This document shows, piece after piece, positions 14,900 through 25,758 of a stretch of DNA of 64,000 nt (the first letter of the stretch is position 1; each line of letters begins with the position of its first letter). The notes beneath the pieces were generated by a model. It made no database searches and was not told the DNA's origin. It was given only the letters and a program-made list of their open reading frames with translations. Both the position numbers and the translations under genes were made by a program. The DNA comes from Lytechinus pictus (Eukaryota): the NCBI RefSeq assembly GCF_037042905.1, contig NC_087246.1:1366001-1430000 (forward strand), written 5' to 3'.

Positions 14900-16975
14900 T
14901 TCAATCCACTATGAAGAGTGCACAAGGTGCAATGCTCAACAACAACATAAATATATATATAATATTAAACCAACATCATCGTACATGAGTCAGGTATCAG
15001 CTTTACATGACAAACGTATGAACATTTCCCACATCAAACAATCACAGAGTACACACACCACCAAACGAGAAGCTGAAAACCTCATCAGCACCCTAACCAG
15101 CTCAATTACGCAGCTAAAAACAAAAACACTATAAATTCTTGTTTATCAAACCTAATTTGGTTCCCCGCACGAATGGTTGGTAATTAGTCAGATTTGAGGG
15201 GGATGGAAATCACTTATACGTAATTTATTCCCCAGACATTCATTAAAGGAATATAACAAGGGCTTTATTACAGGTTCAGAGAGAGGATTTATTCTTAACA
15301 CTTTACATATAAAATTCAATTCCAAGGGATCCTTTTTATAAATAAAGGTTGAATCAAGGTCAACTATAAACTTGTTTTTGAAGCAATGAATAAGCATCTT
15401 TTTAAATAAATAATTTATGGGGTGTGGGTGTAGACCTATAGAGATGTTTTGAACAATTATTCTCACCAAAATGCTAGACCACAATCATCAGTAGATAGTA
15501 ATATATTATTAGTAAACAAGCTTAAAACAAAGCAAGAAAATACGTATGTTGATTTTCCAAATAATATAATTTCAGATTGAAAGAGAATAGAAACAAACAA
15601 TCGCCTATTCTGTTTTTTCTATATAAAGATAAATTTGCCATTTAGCAATACTTTTCTTCATGCATCCAAAATGTTTGCTTCAAAGTTAAGTTCAGTAATG
15701 ACTATAAATGGAGGTAAACAAAATTGATGTTTGAATAAAACAATGAAGGACAGTATGACAATGTAAGCATCCTTTATATTAATTACTTGAAGAAATTATA
15801 GCATATTTTATATGTCTGTATATAATTGCCAACATACAAAGAATGACCTATGTCTGATCTCTATTATAATCCTGTTAATAACTGCTAATGCAATGAGGCC
15901 ATGGTAATAACTTACTTCCCTTCCAGGGTATTAAAGTAAGGTATCTCTGAATTAAAAAAAAACGAAGAAAAATTACATCTGCATTCAGCAGCTCATGATC
16001 CTTCTATTGACCCTATAAATCAATGCATTTGGAAATACATAAATGAAATGAAGCTAGCAAATGTCCTGGAGCAATGCTAGCAATTTTTCTGACCATTACT
16101 GAACGATAAAGAATTAATCATGGCACTGTAATGAAATGTTTGCAATCAATTAGAAATGGTTCTAAAACTTTGGATTCTTGGTTCAAGACTGACTAATGGG
16201 AATTAGGAAATTGGACTAATATTTCCTTGAACACTTTCTACTCTTTACCACTATCCAACCTTCATATTCTCGTTCACTCTCTTTCTTTCTCTCTCTAGAT
16301 ATCTAAATCTAGGCTATGGATTAAATTAACCTCTATAAAAAGTTTGGTTGGATTCAAACAGTCTAAATACTAACACAGCTCTTACCTGATATGAGCAATT
16401 AGCAGACCCCTTTACCCAATCTATTTGGACATATTTGGGTTAATGCATTTGAAATATTCAAAAAACCTGGTTTGTGATTTTGTCTGCCTAAAATCCATTT
16501 GAAAATAGAACTGTGCTAATTTAGTGAAGGTACTTTGCATGGGAACTAGATATTCTCAATTATTATCACCTGATTGAAGTTTGTTCTACTTTATCATTTG
16601 ATTTGGTAATTTTGTGTATTGGGAATTTTCGTATTGGGAAACAGATTTACCGATTACACAGCTTAATTCATGCAACCATGAATTTCAGAATTTTAATATG
16701 AAACTTCGAACTTATGTCTGGGATTTTGATGTTTAACTTTTGGTCATAAAAAGAATGTAACTAGAAGGGCAAACAAAACATCTTTATGGATTAGAAAAGG
16801 AATTCACTTGCTCATTCGTCTTACATGTATTCATCAAAAGTGTAGACAATTAAAGTCTTTTGTGATAATCGACTGGACACAATGATATGAAAAATTTTAA
16901 ATAAATCAATTTACCCATCTCTGATTTTAATTAAAACCCCCAAACTATTACAGTTTGATACAACAAGGTTCATTT
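14900..16975 (-). pseudogene. Decayed, internally deleted L1/Tx1-like ORF2
   Basis: Ordered minus-strand motifs: MNLVVSNCNSLG (~16940-16974), HSSI...KPGF (~16460-16520), GWIVVKSR (~16237-16260), KSIAKW/NLSLYRK (15605-15660), VCTL..zf-like (~15010-15060). Confidence 0.65.
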
Positions 16976-18620
16976 TCATTAATTGTATCATATTTAATAT
17001 TAGCATTCAGTTCCTTAGGTTTGAGTTTTCTCACTCTCCATATGCCAGGTGGCTTGTCATCTTCGAAGACATGGATCATCTTTTCCCCTGTTGCGCCCAT
17101 GACGCTATATATGCTTGAGGCACCCTTTTATCAATCTAATTCATCAATTAATCTTTATTCAGCAACAGTAGTTTTAGCTAATGGTTTATTACTCCTGCTG
17201 TATCAAAGCAAACTTAAACTTTAAAGTCACATTTGTTATTTAGCACTGAAATCTATATCTTTGCCATTTACATTTTATCACAAAGCTCCTTCGTGTTCAC
17301 TGTTATTACTTTCACATTGAATCTGTTTGCTATTGATCAATTACAATAATTAATTCCTGAAAATGTACCTCCATTAACCATTAAAACTGTCTCTCTATTG
17401 AGTATTATTTCCTATAATTAATTGAGAGTGCTATCTAATATCTTGATATGAGTGAGCGCCCTGCGTGGCTGCCTTCCACTCAGTTCTCTATAGTTTTGCT
17501 ATTTCTAGTGCTGTTTTAATTTTTCAGTCTTCTATTTTTACATCAGCTATATCTCATATACTTTGTGAATCTCCTGGACCAATTTTGTGTTGTATAATTC
17601 TGAATTTTTGATGTATTTCAGCTATATTGGATTTAGATTTTTATATCTTCTCTATGCTATTTTAGTGCACAGTCTCCATACTGATAGTCCTTCATGTACA
17701 GCATCTGTGCACTCAACTGTCTACTGGTTTGAGTTGATCTTTCTTACTGTGAAGTGCTTACATGGTCTGTATAAGCTACCTTTAAGCTTTTAATACTATT
17801 GTCTAGGCCTGCTGCTTATAGTTGTCTAGTCTAGTTCTAGACGATATTAAACGAATTTGTTTTCACCGATATATACGTTCTATTCCGTGCGTACGCCCAG
17901 CCGAGTGTGCGCGCAAAACCGAAAACCTGTACTCCGAGAAAAATATCGTCTAGAACAGTTGCTCAGCGGTGACGTCAGAGGTCAAAGGTCAACGGACGAG
18001 TGCTCATGAATATGCATGAGTTACTTGTCAATCTCGCTGCGCCGAACCGTTGTTTACGTTTTGCACTCGTTATTTGCATACATTGTGCACGTGGGATTGA
18101 TGTAGTATATCTATATATGCAGGGACGTGAGCGTCCGTGATCTATGTGATGTAAATACATGTACATGTATCATACGACAGTTTGAGATAGTTCATTACTT
18201 TTAAGGCTACAAATAGAAATTTCATTGTTGGGAAATTACTGTTACATGCATAATAGTTATTTCACTCTATGTGCATATCTTGGTTAAATCTGTGGGTATG
18301 ATGTTACCATCATGATATATGAAAGAAGGTGCTAATGTACCAAATTTCAAACTTCAAAACAATACAGACTATAGTTTTTCCACTTTACTCAGATGGAATA
18401 ATTAATGTACATGTTTGAATGATATATTTTATATTCTTCTTCATCTACACATGTAATTACATAAAGGCATTTTGTCTTAGTATGGGTATTGAAAATTCAG
18501 ACTCATACATGTAATTAAACTCTCATTCTTGTGAATGGATCACATCGCGGTACATTTTACTGTGGGCACTTGTAAATATATCATTTTCAAAGTCTTCTTC
18601 ACATATTTCACTGTCAAAGA

Positions 18621-20829
18621 CATGGGTGTCGATCACGGGGGGGGGGGATGGGGGGATATATCCCCCCCTAATATTTCAAGTGGGGGATGGCCTGTATTAT
18701 CATCCCCCCCAATAATTTAGGGTAGAAAAATTATAATAATGATGATGAAAAATGAAAAAGTATGATCATGATAATTATAGTGATGATTATAGTATGCCAT
18801 CAATCAGTTTGTTTCCGTCGCAATGTGTGTATATTGTTATTAAATAAAAACATTATTTTCCAGGACTTTAAAACAGATGGGTGGAGGTTCAAGATGACAA
18901 AAATTTAAATGTTTATGTAAGTTTTAACACATGACATAAAAGGACCCCGACGAACTAAAAACAACTTTTGTTGATAGGGTGTTCTATCCCACCAGGTAGT
19001 GGTGAATAAATACATTTTAATAAATCAATTAATTCAAAAGGGTGGAAAAATAAACGGGTGGAAAAATAAACGGGAGTAAAAGGGTGGCAAGATAAACAGG
19101 GAAAACCCCATGGACGTAAATCCCAGAGGGGTAAATTTTGAAAAAGTACAAATAACTTTTCTCAGATTTACCCCTCCCACATCCAAGTGCATGATGTTTG
19201 TTCCATTTAATCTACAACCCTTTTGAATATCACTTCCTTTTTGTTATGTAAAATAAGTAAATCGCCAGGGATCGCCGCTCATAAAAAGTTATTTGCAATG
19301 AGGTCTGACATGAGGCGAAAGATTTTCGGACATTATTGAGACTACCTGAAATAGATGTTGTTCTATTTCACCCTTTTTCTTATTCATTTCCAGAAAATTC
19401 AGAGAAAAAGAAAAATACCTTTGCGTTTCTATAGAGTATAGGCTTATCACTTCATTTATTTGCCTGGTTATACACACTTTACCGATGTATGTCATGTTAG
19501 TTATATATTAAGTTCGGCATTCAGTAAACCTTTGAACAAGAAAATATACCAAAAGCAAGATGTGCACAAAACGAAAGTCACCCCTACTTGTATATCCAAA
19601 TACCTTGACTTGAACCATGGACCTAGTAGGTCCATGCTTGAACGATAACTTTTGGTCAATAATATTTTGCAGGAGAGCATCGATGTCCTCATTATCTATC
19701 TATGTGGAAATGAGGTGCCTATAGTCATGAAAGAGTGAGCCCACATCAAATGCAAAAATTTCACTTTAAAAAAGTCATAATATATAGTCGTTTGGTGATC
19801 AGTAGCTCATATATGGTGCCTTTGTTGTATGCGGTTGGATGTAATTGATATTAAAACATTTTATGTGACCCCACATGTGACCCCATCAGATACCTCTCAT
19901 GAAAATATTGAGGTTCAGTGAGCTCAATATAATATGATCATATTTTTACAAATGTTTTAATAAGTGAAATCAATTGATGGTTTCAGAAAGAATAATCATT
20001 CATTCTCTCTAAAGCGGATATGAGGATATGAACATCGGATGTTTTTTTTTCATGTTATTCTTGTTATTGTTATGGACTTGAATAACTAAACTTGATTATT
20101 TTTTTCTTATTTTGGCAAAAAGAAATATCTTTTGAGTTTGGAAAAGGATGGCAGTTTTACATTCTATATGAGCACACTCATGCGGTACGTAAATTTCATT
20201 GTAACACATAATGTATATTAGCTGATATTACACACTGATCATGCTGATGGTTCAAGAAAATGTTGGAGAAATATCATGACATGACAGTTGAGTTTTGATT
20301 GTTTTAATGTTTGTTTTTGTTTCATGCACTTATAAAGTATTTAAAACATGTTAAAATCCAGGGTTAAAATCGTCTAAGGAATGACGGTAAGCCCGATGGC
20401 ACACGAGAAGCCACACAGTTTGTAATTTGTGCTAATCTTATATTTTTTGTCCGAATGTGCATTTTATCATCATGCATTAAGAAGAAAAAAGATATTGCCA
20501 GTCGGGTTAGATTTAAGAGAGAAGTTGTATACATTATGCTCAATAAACATATCACTTTGTACATGGTCCAGACATTTTTTGTCATTTTTCTTTCGTATGG
20601 GTTTATAATAAGCTTACTTGTAACACAAATTGAATTAAAAAAAAAATTATATAAGTAAAGTACACTGCAACAATTAAGCAATTTCCAAGAACACCATGCA
20701 TATCAACCACTCTCAAATGTCCTAACTTGTGATTTTAGTGGGGGTAATGTTGAAAGATCCCCATCCACAAGAACATTTGTGTCAATCACCCCCCCCCCCC
20801 CCAACCAAGAATACCGATCGACACCCATG
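18621..20829. mobile_element. hAT-like non-autonomous element nested in the 7.9-kb element
   Basis: Perfect 14-bp TIRs CATGGGTGTCGATC / GATCGACACCCATG with sub-terminal poly-G/C; degenerate 8-bp TSD GTCAAAGA / GGCAGAGA. Confidence 0.75.
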
Positions 20830-22149
20830 GGCAGAGAGTATGACAAAAAGGGTTGAGAAGTACATGTACTTTGTACAGATTAGTACAGAGCTGTGAAAGG
20901 GATAAGGAAAACAGAATAAAAATCATTATTGATTTTTAAAAGTAGATTAATCTCACAAATGCGGATTTTGATGCGTGCATCAGATTTTGGAAGAAAATCT
21001 TTGCAATTGTCCTTGGAACTTTTAGTTTATTTATTTACTTTACATGGACATATAGATAATGCGTACAATTATTTTTTGTTGTTCAGCTACATTATTATCT
21101 AGCTACAGGTAGCCAGGAAATGATATTGCCAATGATGTACACGAAGCCTCTTCGATAAAGACCCTGACCGGTGTAAAAACAATCATATATTAAAATAAAG
21201 GTAATGATTCTTCCAATAGTTAAAAATATTAAATAAAAATCAAAGAAACTACTCCTCCAAAGTACGCTTCGATTGAGCACCCCCATGTCGCCTGGAAATG
21301 ATGACGTCACGTTGTGTCAGGATTGATTCTGTAGGTTTGTGTACAAAAGCATTGGGTATTTTCTTCCATTTCCATGTTATGAATCCATTTTTTTTTCGTT
21401 TTCAGATGAAAATGGCACTCAAAATTATTCACTGTTCAAATTGTTGTAAACCTACAACTATTCACTACCTTTTTTGTGATTTCTTTGTTTGGCTCTTATT
21501 GGGCCTAAATTGCTATGTCAGGAAAAGTTATTATACATAATCTAAATGCAGATAGAATTGAAATTTGCGCCAAGTAAGCAGGAAATAAATATGGCAAAAA
21601 CTAGTTCAAAACTGTAGATTTCATAATTTCAAGCTTGTGGGTAAAAATATATGTGATATCCCTCTGTGAGAGAAGTGAAGAGAATGAAATGCGTTATCTG
21701 GAAAGCAAAAAAATCACCCTGTTTTTCTGTGTACAAACCTATGGAATCACAACGCTTCTTACACAACGTGACGTCACGGTCTCGAGGCAGGTGAAAAGCA
21801 CAATAAAGCCTATTTTCTAAGCGGGGTTCGAAGGCCGATAATTGGAATATTCTTAAGCAAATTACTCAGCTGGGAAGCGGTGAAAATTAATATAGCATAC
21901 CTTGCTGTATTTAGTAGCTTATAAGCTTTCGATTGGTATATAATTTATCAATTTCATTTCGGGTCCGGTCTGGATCTATAAATAAACTTGAAGGCACATT
22001 TTCTCATTACCTTTGAAGTACAGTATTTATGAAATATATTTTTTGCAGCCATTATGAAAGAGCGTTATGTTCAGATCTACATGTACCTTGCCAGTTAATT
22101 AAATTGCTAGTAACTATTCGTTTGCAGTGTAACTTTTACATGTAGTTTG

Positions 22150-22570
22150 CATAGGCGGATCCAGCTTTTGGCGAAAGGGGGGGGGGCACCGCCGAGCGGC
22201 GCACATATTTTTGCACCATAAAAGAAAATGTTGAAAAAGGGGTAAAGTCTGACCCTGTCAAATGCTCTTTTCAAAATGTAGGATTTCCAGTCATGCCATT
22301 TTGCATGACCACACGCAGATAATATTTCCGGGGGGGGGGGGCAAAACTCGAACATATTTTTGAAAAATAAAAACGATAGAGTAAACGGACCGAGCTGCTC
22401 ATGCGGCAATTATTTTTTTTATAAAGTGTAATAAAAGTATTTGGTACACATCTCACATTTGCACATTTTTCATAGTTTTCATGAAATGTTAAGGGAAAAA
22501 ATGTGTTTTCACAACAACTGATCGGGAATTTGCCCCCCCCCCTTCCCCCTTGCTGCGTACGACCATTCCC
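22150..22570. mobile_element. Poly-G hAT-like MITE or composite fragment
   Basis: CATAGGCGGATCCAG...GGGGGGG start and CCCCC...TGCGTACG end typical of the other poly-G MITEs here; ends not matched. Confidence 0.4.
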
Positions 22571-22812
22571 TGAAATCCACTTAAACATATATCATTACAA
22601 CATAAAATATACATGAATTTAGACATATAATCTTTCTTAGACATATATAGAGAGAGATTGAAAAACTTATTAAAGAAAGAAACAAGCAAAAAGTAACACA
22701 AATTATGCATGTTATGTGCGATTTCAAAATCTCGTGTCCCAACCCTTTTATTGCGATGAGGCCAATACTTGTGTATATTAATTGAGATGCAATTTTTTTT
22801 ACTATATATACA

Positions 22813-22915
22813 CAGGGGCGTCGATCCTTTTTTCACATTGGGGGGGGGGGCAAAATCATAAATCAACTTTCCAACGGCGCTCGATCACACAAAACAAACA
22901 AACTCACACACACTC

Positions 22916-22957
<42 letters not shown>

Positions 22958-23815
22958 CTGAAATTTTTTAGTAAACTGACCTGAAAATAGGAAAAAGGTG
23001 CCTTTTAAAGACTGTTTGTAGTAACTCATGAGGAGAATACATATCTCACTACACAGATAATGCGAGTGCCGAGGGCGAGCTGAAATTTCTTTATATTCTG
23101 ACCAGAAAGCTTGATATCCTCTGCATTTTGGTACCTATGATTAAGATGGGTATCTAAAAAAGACAAAACATGCGAGCGCAAAGCGCGAGCTTAAAATTTC
23201 GATCTGAAAAAAAAATGACAGTTTAATGGACGTTTTTAATAAAGAACAAGATTATATCCAACAAAAGATTATTGCAAATCGAAGCGGGACTTCTTTTGAG
23301 GTTTAGAACTGAGAACGGGACATTCTATTCACCTATTTAATCATGAAAAGTATGGGGTTTTGCTACAGAAATGGTGCGAGCGCGAAGCGCGTGCTGAAAA
23401 TTTTTGTATTCCAATCTGAAAAGCGGACAATTTGAGCACGATTTTAAACAAAGAACGAGTCGTGTAGCTCAATATCGCTTGCTGATTTCTGTGTAACATT
23501 ACCATCTTATTTTATTTTTGTACATGCGGAATTATTGGAGGAGGGGGGGGGGGCAAAACGATATGTTTGCCCCCCCCCCCAATTATTTCTATTGGTGGGG
23601 CGAAGGACTATCTTGGCCCCCTGACGAGCTTGAAAAAAAAGCCTTTTTTGCCCCCTGACGAGCTTGAAGACCTTTTTTTTGTTTTGCTTGTCAATTTTTT
23701 TTCCAGGTACGAAGTCCTTTATTTGTGATTGAAGACTTTTTTTTTGCTTGTCAATTTTTTTGGCGGACGGTTTTGCCCCCCCCCCCCCCTGTGGAAAATT
23801 CCAGGTACGCCACTG
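22813..23815. mobile_element. Composite poly-G hAT-like MITE with (TA)n
   Basis: CAGGGGCG start, CGCCACTG end; (TA)n ~22917-22956; repeated GCGAGCGC..AGCGCGAGC motifs; CCCCTGACGAGCTTGAA shared with ~63500-63570. Confidence 0.5.
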
Positions 23816-24041
23816 TTTAAAGTGCTATACTGTATACGTACAAATATGACCGACTTGTGAGTTTTGTTTTGGTCATGGTTCTTTAGGATTTTTTTGTTCC
23901 AGAGAGAGTTTACTCAGTCAACTTCAATAAATGCAAAAGGGAGACAATTACTGTATTCTTGTTCTACTGCAAATTCCAATTATTGTTTGGTCAGCCATAT
24001 TATGAAAGAACAGTACATTTCAGATCAAACTTGCCAGTTAA

Positions 24042-24628
24042 AGGACAAGTCCACCCCAACAAACTGACTTGAATAGATAAAGAAAAATCAAACAAACATA
24101 ACTCTGAAAATTTCATCAAAATTGGATGTAAAATAAGAAAGTTATAACAATTTCAAGTTTCGCTTAATTTTTCAAAACAGTTATATGCACATCTTAGTCA
24201 GCATGCAAATGAGGGGACCGATGACATCATTCACTTACTATTTCTTTTGTATTTTATTTTATGAAATATTTTGATTTTCTCGTCATTGTCTGTTAAAAAA
24301 GTTTCATTCCTCCCTGAACACATGTAATTCCATTATTCTAACATTTTGTGGTTCGAGCAAAGGGGCACTAATATTATCGAATTCGTAAAAATTGAAATAT
24401 TGTATTATTCAAACAAAAACAAAAGAAAAAGTGAGTGAGTGACATCATCGTCTCTCTCATTTGCATATCACCGAGTTGAGTATAGAACTGTTTTGTGAAA
24501 AATAAGCAAAATTTTAAAATGTCATAACTCTCTTATTTTACATCCGGTTTTGATGAAATTTTCACCATTATTCATGTTTGATTTGTCTCTATTTATTCAA
24601 ATCATTTTTTCTGGGGTGGACTTGACCT
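24042..24628. mobile_element. Kolobok-like MITE
   Basis: TTAA on both sides; TIRs AGGACAAGTCCACCCC / GGGGTGGACTTGACCT; near-palindromic body; second copy at 41689-42292. Confidence 0.85.
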
Positions 24629-25758
24629 TTAATGACTTTGACATTATTTTCCTGCTATATATTACTGTCATGCGAACAAAAGAAGCAATTCTGTGGAACA
24701 AGTTTATGAGGAAATGTGTAAAATTGTCATTGTCATTTTACATGTTGAAATATAGAATTTCTTGCTTTTTAAGTGACTCCATTTAGGAAACTTGGGGCCA
24801 TGTGACTTCAATTAAACTGGCATCATGAAGAAATTACATAATTAACCCAAATCAAGGGGAGTGTCAATTTTGAAGGATATAAAGTTGCTACCCTCTTTCC
24901 ATATATACCCAGTAGGTATATTCAAGAAGACATCGTGGCCTCGGAGGAAACTTTCGAGAGCTTTGTTCTGTTGGATCTTCAAAGTCGTTGTTCCCAACTG
25001 TTTGGACATATGCATGATGGAATCTCTGATAGAATGACGTTAATTACCCGTCGCCATCACACCATATATGAAAAAACGAAGATATAAGTGATCAAGACTT
25101 GTCTGATTTGGTAAACACGCAAGAAACTGAATTTGGAAACCGCGCGCTGTATAATTATGTATAGGCCTACAGTACACAATACAACCAGGGAGTTGGGAGT
25201 CTCCCTGATACAACATCACGGCAGACGGTACAGTACACAAGTCTATGGCTAATGTTGTGCTGCTTTGTGCGATCCGATTGATTATGTGTGTGTGTGTATT
25301 GTATATGTAATCTATATACGATAGTCTACGCTCAAAAACCTTATTGTAGGTATCAGGGGAAACATACACGATCCGATTCATTTATGATGTTTTTGTGTGT
25401 TTAATTTGATTTCTTTTATAAATTATTTACAACAAAAAGTCCTTTCTTAGGTAATTAATATTCATTTTATCGGTAGATCACACCATATTTCTCAACCCAG
25501 TAATCTTCCCTGCTGTTAACAAAGACTAGCGGCTGAACGGGAGGCGTGTCCACTTTTAACGACTTTCCCTCAAAAATCTGAGGGAGTGACGTCACCGCTG
25601 AGCAACTGTTCTAGACGATATTTTTCTCGGAGTACAGGTTCTCGGTTTTGCGCGCACACTCGGCGGGGCGTACGCACGGAATAGAACGTATATATCGGTG
25701 AAAACAAATTCGTTTAATATCATCTAGAACTAGACTAATAGTTGTCAGGTTCAGTACA

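Larger units (their letters stand above)
17827..25737. mobile_element. Non-autonomous TIR transposon, 7.9 kb (AcademH- or MuDR-like by TSD length)
   Basis: 151-bp TIRs 17827-17977 and 25587-25737 (3 mismatches by eye), TAG...CTA termini, perfect 9-bp TSD ATAGTTGTC at 17818-17826 and 25738-25746; no transposase ORF seen. Confidence 0.9.

Noticed and set aside
17587..17793. 68-aa ORF in the L2 5' UTR as a candidate ORF1
   Set aside because: Non-ATG start, short, and no ORF1-type domain; would need conservation across copies.
21090..22000. Further MITE with TGACGTCA motifs inside the cargo
   Set aside because: Probably a repeat, but I could not define matching TIRs or a TSD.
24917..25087. Exon-like open frame (YIQEDIVASEETF...) inside the 7.9-kb element
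   Set aside because: Short, with no recognisable motif or convincing splice pair; cannot be supported without a homology search.
25587..25737. 151-bp module read as a 5' UTR shared by two divergent LINEs (inverted copy at 17827-17977)
   Set aside because: The perfect 9-bp TSD outside both copies shows they are the TIRs of one DNA element.
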